Source of the DNA: a virus
Lineage: Duplodnaviria > Caudoviricetes
Reading direction: 5' to 3' (one strand)
Length of the DNA stretch: 52,506 nt
IMG/VR virus record: IMGVR_UViG_3300023100_000005
Location: 1-52,506 of that record
The position numbers were made by a program, and so were the translations under genes. The notes beneath the pieces were generated by a model. It ran no database searches. It was not told the origin of the DNA and saw only the letters and a list, made by a program, of their open reading frames with translations. Shown here piece by piece: positions 28,648 to 37,966 of this stretch. The first letter of the stretch is position 1. Each line of letters starts with the position of its first letter.

Positions 28648-30479
28648 TCCAATCGGAATTAATTCTGCCAATTCGTTTTTATAATGACCTATTTAACCAG
28701 GAACGTTTTAGTATAAATCACAAACCACTTTGTGAAAAATTACTAAATTATAGTGCCAAAGAATTGCCGCATTTTCAACTAAAAAAAAATAGTTCGATGC
28801 CTGTACCTGTACAGTTCAAAATGCGAAATATTTGTACTGATAAAGAGCAAGGTTTTTATAAACGTTTTACTGAAAGTGCTGCAAATTTACAGGAACCTTA
28901 TGCCCTTGATGCATTTGGGCCTTATCCAACACAGAGCTATTCCCCATCGCCATCGCCTTTACAGATATTTACAAACGATTGTAATATATTTAAAAGTATA
29001 AAGTTAGATCCAGATGATTATACACCTACTGGGCAACCTTCAACAATGGTTATAAACGTACCTAATTGTCATCAGCGTTTTAAAATTGTCTTTGATACCT
29101 TTATCAATACGGCTGTTTTTGATGTCAGGATTTATAGTGGTGCCGGACTTATTGCTACAATTACACAGGCCGGCTCTTATACTTACGATTTTACTCCAAC
29201 TTCTGGGACTATTACAATACAGTTCAGAAATTTCAACGCAACAACAGAAGATTATTTTGAAATAAGTTACATTCAAAGTCAGGCTTTAGATATTTTTTGT
29301 TACACTAACGACGTTCGAGATGTTGACTTAGATCAATTTATACCCGATTTAACAAAAATTGAATTAGAAAACGGTAAAGAAATTTACGCATTTTGCCAGG
29401 GTATTAATGATTTAAAAATACCAAAGGGGGAATATTATTTTTTCATTAAATTTCAAGATGGCCGTAACGCAGAAAAAGAATTTTATTTTAGTGAGGTTTT
29501 TAATATAAAATCAGTAGAAGAAATTCAGTATTACTACAGGTTAGCATGGCGAAACTCTTGTGATTTAGCCGATAAAGTAATTTATAGTGAAGAAACTTTA
29601 CCTTGCGTATTCACAAATACTGTTTTCCTACCAGCACAATATTTCAGGCCGGAATATCCTACAATTATTGAAGTAGAAGAAGATGGCATTGGCGATACCA
29701 CACCTGTTTTACAAAGGTGGAGTAAAACAAAAGTTTTAGAAATAATAAGTCCTGAATTTTTGACCGATGCGTTGTCAGCTATATTTTTACATGATGAAGT
29801 TTCTTTACTTGAACCAAAAAACAATTCAGAAGAATTTCAAAATGGCAGTTATGTAATAAAAAAAATAGAGCAGGATATTTCTAACGTTTACGAAGATGCG
29901 TACCAAAAACTATTGTTAACTCTATTAATTGATAATAGCTTAGTTCAAACAGGCTGTTGTATTTCACTAGATGAATATGGTCCGGGGTTTGATTATACAG
30001 CTGAAGACGATTGTACGGAAAACCCTTACAAGTTAGTTATAACAGACCCACCTTCAATATTAGATGGTTTATTCCGTTGTGAAGATGATACAATTGTACC
30101 TGTAAAATTAAGCGATATAATTAAAAACGTGTCTGATAGCCACTTTTACAGGCTTAAATTTGAAGATGATATGTACCAAGTTTATAGAAAGATGCCTGTA
30201 ATTACTGGTTTTACAGAAGTTCTAAACCCTAAAACTCAAATACTATCTTATAAAATTGAAGGTTTTATTTTGCCAAATAGTTTCGCATATCCTGAATATA
30301 GTAAAAACGGTGGGGCTTATATTGACACACTAATTACTGAAAAAAGTGATTCAGAAGGCGCGTTTAGCGCTTACATCGACAAAACACTTTCAACTGATGC
30401 AACCGATTTCAAAATACGGGTAAAAAATCTTACAAAAGAAAATAATTACGGGACTTCTGACCCAATCGATATTATATAA
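28644..30479 (+). CDS. tail tip/distal tail protein
   Basis: 611 aa, ATGA-coupled, in the tail module. Confidence 0.55.
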   Translation: MIQSELILPIRFYNDLFNQERFSINHKPLCEKLLNYSAKELPHFQLKKNSSMPVPVQFKMRNICTDKEQGFYKRFTESAANLQEPYALDAFGPYPTQSYSPSPSPLQIFTNDCNIFKSIKLDPDDYTPTGQPSTMVINVPNCHQRFKIVFDTFINTAVFDVRIYSGAGLIATITQAGSYTYDFTPTSGTITIQFRNFNATTEDYFEISYIQSQALDIFCYTNDVRDVDLDQFIPDLTKIELENGKEIYAFCQGINDLKIPKGEYYFFIKFQDGRNAEKEFYFSEVFNIKSVEEIQYYYRLAWRNSCDLADKVIYSEETLPCVFTNTVFLPAQYFRPEYPTIIEVEEDGIGDTTPVLQRWSKTKVLEIISPEFLTDALSAIFLHDEVSLLEPKNNSEEFQNGSYVIKKIEQDISNVYEDAYQKLLLTLLIDNSLVQTGCCISLDEYGPGFDYTAEDDCTENPYKLVITDPPSILDGLFRCEDDTIVPVKLSDIIKNVSDSHFYRLKFEDDMYQVYRKMPVITGFTEVLNPKTQILSYKIEGFILPNSFAYPEYSKNGGAYIDTLITEKSDSEGAFSAYIDKTLSTDATDFKIRVKNLTKENNYGTSDPIDII

Positions 30480-30481
30480 GA

Positions 30482-30527
30482 AATTTATTTGAAATAAATT
30501 ATGCCGGATTTTTGTTGTTTAGCTTTG
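30482..30527 (+). promoter_or_regulatory. putative late promoter with extended palindrome
   Basis: AATTTATTT-G-AAATAAATT 30482-30500, centre 29 nt before TAGCTTTG 30520-30527. Confidence 0.65.
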
Positions 30528-30562
30528 CTTAACTATAAAGTTAAAATTAAAACAAAAAAGTC

Positions 30563-31144
30563 ATGGCTACATCTTGCGAAGATATTGAATGCGGCGAAGG
30601 TTGCGAATTAGTATTACCACCAACCAAATTCAGCGAATGCGCTCCAGAAGGTGCGCTTGGTCAAATCACAACTATTTACGAAACCGGTGTTGGTTATCCT
30701 TTAACGGATGAAAACAGCGCTGCCGAATGGGAAGGTCGTATGAATATGGCTGATAGCAACCCGGCGAAAATCCGTAAATTATTGGTTATTGGCGATATGC
30801 CAGCCAGCGAAAGCACTGAAATCCCTATGTCAAACGGACGAACATTTTATGGTCAGGAAGACTATACAATTAACGCGCGTATTGATGAGGTTAACCAGGA
30901 AAATTACGAATATGCCCGTTACGGAAAATGTAATATTCGCCGTAAAATCTGGATTGAAACAACCAACGGTGCTGCGTTTGGCGGGCCTAATGGTATTGAT
31001 GTTTCAGGTAAATGGAAATTAGTTATTCCTGAAAGTGATCAGGAATTACAAACCTTACAGGCCATTTTCCGTTTCAAAGCAGACGAAATGCCTTGCCGTT
31101 TTGTTCACCCTTTACATGGTGATGATATCGGTTTAGAATCTTAA
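30563..31144 (+). CDS. major tail tube protein (displaced)
   Basis: 193 aa acidic, own promoter, GQITTIY...EW...IGDMPA beta-rich pattern of Bacteroidota siphovirus tail tubes. Confidence 0.6.
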   Translation: MATSCEDIECGEGCELVLPPTKFSECAPEGALGQITTIYETGVGYPLTDENSAAEWEGRMNMADSNPAKIRKLLVIGDMPASESTEIPMSNGRTFYGQEDYTINARIDEVNQENYEYARYGKCNIRRKIWIETTNGAAFGGPNGIDVSGKWKLVIPESDQELQTLQAIFRFKADEMPCRFVHPLHGDDIGLES

Positions 31145-31169
31145 TAATTAACCTTTTATTTTTAATAAC

Positions 31170-31502
31170 ATGGATTGTTCTAATAATAATTACGGGTTAA
31201 TGCACCATTTAACCTCAATGGCCCGCAAAAGCGGTACATTAGTTGGTATGCCAATTGTGGAAGTATCCGGGCATAACACGCAAGCTTTACAATGTGATGA
31301 TGGGTTACCACGTACATTTGAAAGTTTACTTGCGGCTTCAATTGGTGTAGACACTTGCGGAAAACCAGCATTAAGGGTTAAATTTATTGACTCATGCGAT
31401 GTGCAAATTGATTGTAATGTCGGTGGTGATATTTTAAGCCAAATTTTCGCATACGAACCAACCACCAAAACCTTTGCTTTAGTTTTAAACCAAAGCACAT
31501 AG
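31170..31502 (+). CDS. tail adaptor protein with C...GKPA repeat
   Basis: LQCDD...SIGVDTCGKPALRV plus two degenerate copies. Confidence 0.55.
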   Translation: MDCSNNNYGLMHHLTSMARKSGTLVGMPIVEVSGHNTQALQCDDGLPRTFESLLAASIGVDTCGKPALRVKFIDSCDVQIDCNVGGDILSQIFAYEPTTKTFALVLNQST

Positions 31503-31506
31503 TAAT

Positions 31507-31746
31507 ATGGTTGGGGATGCATACATAACCTGCGATAATAATTTTCTTACAAATCATGCTCTTTTACAGAGCATGATTTATATAGATTCAAATGGGAAAC
31601 CAGCATTATTAACAGACAGTGGATCAAGTTCAGGGTTATCCCTTTGGATAAACTGCGACAAACGAAGAAATTTATCAATTGACCAACTTTTAAGACTCCT
31701 TATTGTGGAAGATGAAGATGGTAAACCAGCATTTAACGTAATATAA
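31507..31746 (+). CDS. tail adaptor protein made of two C...GKPA repeats
   Basis: YITC...MIYIDSNGKPAL and WINC...LIVEDEDGKPAF. Confidence 0.55.
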   Translation: MVGDAYITCDNNFLTNHALLQSMIYIDSNGKPALLTDSGSSSGLSLWINCDKRRNLSIDQLLRLLIVEDEDGKPAFNVI

Positions 31747-31749
31747 AAC

Positions 31750-33495
31750 ATGGCAGCAGGCGACCCATATATTGATTGTTCAAACAGTGTACCAACCGAT
31801 TTAATTTTACGCGACATGATCGTGCAAGATGAAAACGGCAAACCAGCTTGGCGTGTTTACGGTTCAGGTGGTGGCGGAGGTGGAGTTTATGACCTGAATT
31901 CACCAACTACTGTGGAAGCCTTTTTATTACCTATTGGAACTGACATCACAGGCTTAACAGCTAATCAAATTCTTTCATGGATACTTACCGGCAATCCAGG
32001 TGTCGGTTTGCTTATGGTTGACCCTGATGATATTAATTTCGGAAACGTTGCAATAAACACTTTTTCAGGTTCACAATCTTTCGATGTTACCGGTGAATTT
32101 TTGCAAGATAATGTCACTATCACATCACCAAGTTCTAGGTTTATCATTAATACTAATAACAGTAGTACAAATCAGTCACCTATAGTATTAGTGCCAAGTG
32201 GCGGCATAGTGAATGAAACTATTTACGTAAAAGCAAACCCACTTGCAGAACAAAATTATTCGGCAAATATTTCTATCACTTCTACCGGAGCTATTAGTAA
32301 GGCTGTGTCGGTTGAAGCGGTAGGTATTGAGATAACACCGGCTCCATTTGGAGATATGTTTACAGAAGATTTTAATCCAAACGCCGGAACATACACCAAT
32401 GTTGGAACTATTGCGCCAACCTTTACAACGGGCAATTTAAGTGTAACGGGTAACGGTGGCGGTAATTTCTCCGTTGCCCAAAATTTCATGCGGTTGGCTG
32501 AGGTAATTTGGAGCGGTAACAATTGGTATGTAAAAACAAGAGTGCGCCCAAGCGTATCTACCACTGGGCAGGTGGGCGCATGGTTTGGTATGAGATCTAT
32601 TAATCCAGTTCAAGGTGATTCGATCTATTGGGGTATATACTACGCCTCTTCTACAAACAACTGGAGTGTTGTTATTTTCAACACGGTAGGAAATTCAACC
32701 ATTGCGGACTCACCAACAAATCTAGTCTTACCGGCTGGCGTTTGGGCAATCTTGGAAGCCAGTATGGACGAAAATACTTTAACCATAACAGCCACAAACG
32801 AAATCACATCAAACACAGCATCGTGTAGCTTTACATTTAATACAGCATACCCTATTCTAGGAAACATTAAGCCAAACACCTCTCAAATAGTTGTTGGTGC
32901 TCCAATGTCACCATGGGATATATCCTCAATAGTGTTTGGAAGTAATTATTTAATCGGTGTTCACGCTGGATATTACGGCGACTCAATTACAAGCGGTTAC
33001 AATGCTGGAAGCGTAGCCGATAGACATCAAAATAAATTTGCAACTGCCACGGGAAAAACCATTGAAACGTTTGCTGGTGCAGGAGATAGATCAATCGAGC
33101 TATCTAATCCCGTTGCACTTGAATTATATACGAGGTTTTTCCCGCAAGTAATCCACATTTTAATTGGAACTAATGATGCGGCGAATAGTATACTTTTACA
33201 AACAACTAAAGACAACATCGATTCGATAATCGACGCTTTTCAAACGGCTGGATCACGTGTATATATTGGAACCTGCTTGGCGAGAAATGGTGTAAATTTA
33301 GATCCAATAAATTCTTGGATACTCGCTAAAGATGGAGTGGATGGTATTACCGTTATTGATTACTATGCAGCGTCGGAGGATCCGTCGAACCCTGGCGACA
33401 TTGACCCGGCATATAGTGATGATGAAATTCACCCGAACGCAGCATTTTGTCAAATAATGGCAAATATGCAAGTTGCCGCAGGTATGGGTGTTTAA
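31750..33495 (+). CDS. receptor-binding spike with Ig-like, lectin-like and SGNH/GDSL esterase domains
   Basis: N-terminal GKPA module and Gly linker; SGNH blocks GDSIT, GAG, IGTND, DEIHPN. Confidence 0.75.
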   Translation: MAAGDPYIDCSNSVPTDLILRDMIVQDENGKPAWRVYGSGGGGGGVYDLNSPTTVEAFLLPIGTDITGLTANQILSWILTGNPGVGLLMVDPDDINFGNVAINTFSGSQSFDVTGEFLQDNVTITSPSSRFIINTNNSSTNQSPIVLVPSGGIVNETIYVKANPLAEQNYSANISITSTGAISKAVSVEAVGIEITPAPFGDMFTEDFNPNAGTYTNVGTIAPTFTTGNLSVTGNGGGNFSVAQNFMRLAEVIWSGNNWYVKTRVRPSVSTTGQVGAWFGMRSINPVQGDSIYWGIYYASSTNNWSVVIFNTVGNSTIADSPTNLVLPAGVWAILEASMDENTLTITATNEITSNTASCSFTFNTAYPILGNIKPNTSQIVVGAPMSPWDISSIVFGSNYLIGVHAGYYGDSITSGYNAGSVADRHQNKFATATGKTIETFAGAGDRSIELSNPVALELYTRFFPQVIHILIGTNDAANSILLQTTKDNIDSIIDAFQTAGSRVYIGTCLARNGVNLDPINSWILAKDGVDGITVIDYYAASEDPSNPGDIDPAYSDDEIHPNAAFCQIMANMQVAAGMGV

Positions 33496-33514
33496 TAATA
33501 AAAAGAAATCACTA

Positions 33515-34771
33515 ATGAAAAAGTTAACACAAACATCAATATTAGGCATCGCATTAATGGCGATGTCTTTTACATTGCCGAAAGGAAAACAAATCTATAC
33601 AGCCGTAAAAGGTGTTTCAACCGCTGTAATTGCTTACGAAATGGTCAGCGAAATGAATGCGCAAAACAATTTCAGCACCGCGAGCCTAAACCCCGATTTC
33701 AGTTACGAGATTTTTAAAACAAATGAACCAACAAATTTATTTGGAAATAGAAAAGTAGCTTTTAGGATCACGAATGATTTCCGGTACCACTTTTTGCGCG
33801 CACGTGATATTTATATCGATTCAATTTCTTCATGGTCAAATCCTTTTGTTACATCTAATGCGCGTATTTCATGGATTAATCCAACTACAAAAAAGTTGTG
33901 TTTTTCAAGTGTTGATTCACTCCACTTTGACTATAATACTTTAAAGAATAAGCCGGCCAGTGCGCAAGCATTAACTTTAACGGCAATCGGGGCTTCGTTA
34001 ACAGGCATCTCGCCAAGCATGACTTTAAACGTGCCAACTTATTCAAATCTCAATCAATTCACTAATGGGCCAGGGTACATTACTTCGTATTCTATGACAA
34101 ATATAAGCGGGGCCGGTTCTGCAACTGTTTCAGGCTCATTTCCAAACTTCACCGTAAACACAACACCAGCAGATTTATCAAATTACCCTACCATAGGTGC
34201 TGTAACATCAAGCGTTGCTGCTTTAAACGGATCTATAAATAACCGTGTACCAATAACCCGAGATATAACAATAAACGGCGTTACTCAAAATTTAGCAGCC
34301 GACAGAACATGGTCAATTGCGACGCCAAGCACTTCATATAGTGGAGGAACTGGAATTTCAGTAAGCGGAACCGTTATTACAAATACTTCCCCAAATCAAT
34401 CTGTATCTATTGTTGGTGGTAACGGAATAAGAATTACAGGTAATTACCCAAACTACACAGCTACATCAACAGATTACACGGCCACAGCTGCTACATCTGG
34501 TAGTGTTGCAACTTTCTATTTAACAAGTACTGGAACGTCAACTGGCACCGCTTTATACACAAACATTTCTTATGTGAATCCTATCATTAATGACGTGAAT
34601 GGAAATTACACTTTTGGATGGTCTTACAATGCCGGCACAAAAGCTTTAACGGTATCGGCCAGGGTTGCTACAAACACAGCGGTAATTGCATTGCTTGGCA
34701 TTAGCCTACTCGGTTCAACTACACCGGTGCCAAATGCCACACAAATAAGCGTATTAGTAAAAGGAAATTAA
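33515..34771 (+). CDS. fibre-like Thr/Ser-rich protein with apparent signal peptide
   Basis: MKKLTQTSILGIALMAMSF N-terminus; fibre motifs YNTLKNKP, QFTNGPGYIT, VPITRDITINGVTQNLAADRTW. Confidence 0.65.
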   Translation: MKKLTQTSILGIALMAMSFTLPKGKQIYTAVKGVSTAVIAYEMVSEMNAQNNFSTASLNPDFSYEIFKTNEPTNLFGNRKVAFRITNDFRYHFLRARDIYIDSISSWSNPFVTSNARISWINPTTKKLCFSSVDSLHFDYNTLKNKPASAQALTLTAIGASLTGISPSMTLNVPTYSNLNQFTNGPGYITSYSMTNISGAGSATVSGSFPNFTVNTTPADLSNYPTIGAVTSSVAALNGSINNRVPITRDITINGVTQNLAADRTWSIATPSTSYSGGTGISVSGTVITNTSPNQSVSIVGGNGIRITGNYPNYTATSTDYTATAATSGSVATFYLTSTGTSTGTALYTNISYVNPIINDVNGNYTFGWSYNAGTKALTVSARVATNTAVIALLGISLLGSTTPVPNATQISVLVKGN

Positions 34772-34784
34772 AAAAAACAAACTC

Positions 34785-34973
34785 ATGACAAACCCAACTA
34801 AAGCCGAATTAATCACTTTGTACACTAACATGATTAATGCCAAAGTAACTACCACGGGAACCGGCCCCGTTTCCGATGCTGATATTGATGCGGTTGCAAA
34901 CGGTGGTATTGCCACTATTGACAATTTAGATCCAGACCGCCCTGTAAGAATCAGACAGGTTGAACGTGTTTAA
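34785..34973 (+). CDS. hypothetical protein
   Basis: 62-aa ORF. Confidence 0.55.
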   Translation: MTNPTKAELITLYTNMINAKVTTTGTGPVSDADIDAVANGGIATIDNLDPDRPVRIRQVERV

Positions 34974-35438
34974 GTGAAAAGGCTTGTAACAATAAGCTTC
35001 GCAATTATTATTTTCCTTTTTATTTGGAAAATTTGCGACCATATAATCCCGCCTTCACCATTCGGAAAAGATGATCCGCGCACATGGTACATTGATGGAA
35101 TTTGGGATAAATTAAAGCATGTTCTTTATTTGGTGGTTATCGGAATAACTGCATACGTAAATTATTTTGAAATAGATTTGAGGTTTGAAAAATACGTTAA
35201 ACTTGCTTCAGCTGTTTTTGTAATAGGAATTATAATCCCATCGATATTGACGAAACCCGTTTCAGAAAAAGAAAAACCGGAAATAATCGACTACTTGTTT
35301 ATATTATTTTCATTTCTCCACGGTTGTAAGGGCGTATTTCCCGAAAAACATACGTATTTTGGCACTAAATTAATGGGCAAAAAAATATACACATTTTTAT
35401 ATGGAAACGACGAAGCCAGCAGAACCAGTAAGCTTTGA
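34974..35438 (+). CDS. multi-pass membrane protein
   Basis: About four hydrophobic segments. Confidence 0.55.
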   Translation: MKRLVTISFAIIIFLFIWKICDHIIPPSPFGKDDPRTWYIDGIWDKLKHVLYLVVIGITAYVNYFEIDLRFEKYVKLASAVFVIGIIIPSILTKPVSEKEKPEIIDYLFILFSFLHGCKGVFPEKHTYFGTKLMGKKIYTFLYGNDEASRTSKL

Positions 35439-35640
35439 AAAAAAGATTTTTTCGATCAGTATTGGGCAGCTTATCGTTTACGCATTAATGGCCGGGGGGG
35501 CTTTGTTTAATTTTTGGGATATGAAAGCTGATCAAAGAGAAAATAAATTAACCAATGACGGCAAGTTTGCATTGCTAAGTAAAGACCTCGAATATTTGAG
35601 AAACGACTTTAATAACCATGTTCAAAAATCTGAAAAATAA
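35401..35640 (+). CDS. single-TM holin/antiholin-like protein
   Basis: One TM segment followed by a short coiled coil, near the endolysin. Confidence 0.45.
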   Translation: METTKPAEPVSFEKKIFSISIGQLIVYALMAGGALFNFWDMKADQRENKLTNDGKFALLSKDLEYLRNDFNNHVQKSEK

Positions 35641-36097
35641 AATAATTGTGTTTTTTAAGAAAGCGGTTGTTTTCTTAACTGAAAAAAAAGACACGCCCGA
35701 AAGGCAGACTATTCTTTTGGCTTGTATCGGTACAATTGTATTTATGTTTTTTGCATCAGCTATAAGCATGGATAATAAAAATAAAAGTGTTGCACGGCTT
35801 GAATCTAAGATTTTAGAAGATCAAAAAAGAGAAAAGGTTCATGTTAATAGTCACACGACTTTCATGAACCCAATAATTCACAATAAGCCGGTTATTATTG
35901 AAGAGCCTGAAATGCAAATTTTATCAGTAAAAACCTCACATACTATTTCAACAAGCGCAAGAGCAAAACTTGAAAACCATATTGAGGCACCGGATCCTGG
36001 CATACAGAATTTGAACCCGGTTAAATTGGTTGATACCGTTAAAAAGCCTGATTCAGTAATGTATAAACCACGCATAGTAATTACAAAAAAACCATGA
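35618..36097 (+). CDS. membrane-anchored hypothetical protein
   Basis: TM segment ILLACIGTIVFMFFASAI. Confidence 0.5.
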   Translation: MFKNLKNKIIVFFKKAVVFLTEKKDTPERQTILLACIGTIVFMFFASAISMDNKNKSVARLESKILEDQKREKVHVNSHTTFMNPIIHNKPVIIEEPEMQILSVKTSHTISTSARAKLENHIEAPDPGIQNLNPVKLVDTVKKPDSVMYKPRIVITKKP

Positions 36098-36714
36098 TTA
36101 CCGATTTAGGTGTTATAATTATTGACCGAATTCAGGATTTACCATTTATGGATAAATACGCCGGTATTGTACGGGTATTGAATTACAAAGACTTTTCAAA
36201 AGACGGATCATCTTTTACGCGTAAAACTTTTCCGGTTGATTGCCAAACTTCTTTTGATGAATGCAATAAAAATAAAAGGTATTTAGACCTTTGCCCGGAC
36301 TCGAGTAAAAAAAGCGTAATTTATTTGGAAGATAATGGTATTAAACCGGTGCGCTCGGAGGGTCCGTGGGTATACTGGACCGCTAGTATTGATTTAGTTG
36401 CATGGCTTAATTTACCGAAATTAGGTACCGATTCTTGTAGCTACAGTTCAATTGTTCAACAGGGACTTTTAAGTAAATTGTTGGTTTCCGGATTAAACGT
36501 TGATAATTACAACATGATCAATATTGATTTGGCAAACATAAAACCAAAATCGGTAAATCCTTTTGTAAAATATTCCTACGATGAAACAATTAACCAGTTT
36601 TTGATGTACCCTTATGATTATTTTGTAATGGGATTGGAATTTAATTTCCGCATGAATAAAAAGTGCTTTAAAGTAGAGCCTTTAAACACACCAATTGATT
36701 GTGTAATAAAATGA
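36094..36714 (+). CDS. putative tail terminator/neck protein (displaced)
   Basis: 206 aa, Cys-rich; LVAWLNL and FLMYPYDYF motifs recalled from Bacteroidota phage neck proteins. Confidence 0.45.
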   Translation: MITDLGVIIIDRIQDLPFMDKYAGIVRVLNYKDFSKDGSSFTRKTFPVDCQTSFDECNKNKRYLDLCPDSSKKSVIYLEDNGIKPVRSEGPWVYWTASIDLVAWLNLPKLGTDSCSYSSIVQQGLLSKLLVSGLNVDNYNMINIDLANIKPKSVNPFVKYSYDETINQFLMYPYDYFVMGLEFNFRMNKKCFKVEPLNTPIDCVIK

Positions 36715-37196
36715 AAAAACTTGAATATCTTATAATCCATTGCACGGCCACACAAGAAGGGCGTGAATTAACTTCTGAAGACATAAAAAGAATGCATACT
36801 TCGCCACCGCCAAAAGGCAGAGGTTGGAAACAAGTTGGTTATTCCGATATGATCCATTTAACCGGTGAGGTTACAAACTTGGTGCCATATGATAATGATG
36901 ATATTGTGCAGCCGCGCGAAATCACAAACGGAGCATTAGGCTTAAACGGATTATCACGCCATGTGGTTTATGTTGGTGGGGTTGAAAAAGATGGTAAAAC
37001 GCCAAAAGATACGCGTACAAACGGACAATTATTAGCGCTAAGAAATTATGTTTTTCAAATGGTAGCAAACCACCCAGAAATTGAAATACTTGGGCATAAT
37101 CAGGTAGAAAATAAGGCTTGCCCATGTTTTGACGTGCCTGTATGGCTTAAAACAATTGGCATTAACGAAAAAAATATTTCAAAAAAGAAAAGATGA
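36711..37196 (+). CDS. endolysin, N-acetylmuramoyl-L-alanine amidase (T7 lysozyme-like)
   Basis: IIHCTAT, RGWKQVGY, YVGG, DTRT..Q, GHN...KACPCFDV. Confidence 0.92.
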   Translation: MKKLEYLIIHCTATQEGRELTSEDIKRMHTSPPPKGRGWKQVGYSDMIHLTGEVTNLVPYDNDDIVQPREITNGALGLNGLSRHVVYVGGVEKDGKTPKDTRTNGQLLALRNYVFQMVANHPEIEILGHNQVENKACPCFDVPVWLKTIGINEKNISKKKR

Positions 37197-37468
37197 AAAA
37201 GTATAAAATATACTGGTCAATCTTGAATTTGACCGGGCAAACACAGGCTGAGGTTGTGAAACTTCAGCAAATCGCTAAAGCACTTTTCGGTACTGTGACT
37301 ATTGGCACATGGGCAACCGATAGTTCTACGCATGCGCTTTGGGTAGGATTAATTGGTATGGTCATTGACCTGGCTATTGGGTGTATTTGTTTGGAAGAAA
37401 TAAAAATATGTAATAATGAAAATAATAAAAATTCTTCTGCTGGTGATGTTACCGGCGTTAATTACTGA
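37193..37468 (+). CDS. putative holin
   Basis: Small hydrophobic protein between endolysin and spanin. Confidence 0.5.
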   Translation: MKKYKIYWSILNLTGQTQAEVVKLQQIAKALFGTVTIGTWATDSSTHALWVGLIGMVIDLAIGCICLEEIKICNNENNKNSSAGDVTGVNY

Positions 37469-37943
37469 GTGCGTAACCAGTAAAGCAGAAGCCCGGATCC
37501 TTAAAAAATGCGTTGTTTCTACAAAGGTAAAAGAAAAAGATTCTACAAACAGAAAACTTGAAATAATTTACACGCCAAGCCTTATTGCTGTACCAGGCCC
37601 AACCGTTTATAAAACTTCGCCATGTGACAGTACTGGCAAGTTGAAAAACTTTAAAGAAACTTCAACAAAGAACGGTATCACCCAAACTATTGAGGGAAAA
37701 GATGGCAAATTAACTGGTACGTGTAATGCTGATTCTTTAAAACTTATTATCGAAAGCCAAAAGGAAACAATCGAGCGTTTTAAAACAACCGAAAAAGAAA
37801 TCGAAATTCGCGATAATTGCCAATTACAGCACAGAACGCAGCGCGACGGGGCTTTACTTTATTATTTCTATGTAACGGCCCCAATATGGCTGATTTTAAT
37901 TATTTACGGCCTTTATAGGCTTTATAAGTGGTTCAGAAAGTGA
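37416..37943 (+). CDS. putative unimolecular spanin
   Basis: Lipoprotein-like signal MKIIKILLLVMLPALITE-C plus C-terminal TM and basic tail; last gene of the lysis cassette. Confidence 0.65.
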   Translation: MKIIKILLLVMLPALITECVTSKAEARILKKCVVSTKVKEKDSTNRKLEIIYTPSLIAVPGPTVYKTSPCDSTGKLKNFKETSTKNGITQTIEGKDGKLTGTCNADSLKLIIESQKETIERFKTTEKEIEIRDNCQLQHRTQRDGALLYYFYVTAPIWLILIIYGLYRLYKWFRK

Positions 37944-37966
37944 TCACTCAGAATTTTAAGTAACTT

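Noticed and set aside
31750-34771. Diversity-generating retroelement or invertible tail-fibre switch
   Set aside because: No reverse transcriptase or invertase gene, and no TR/VR pair or inverted cassette seen
35493-35500. Poly-G run in the holin-like gene as a phase-variable tract
   Set aside because: The ORF is intact (Gly-Gly-Ala) and there is no evidence of variation
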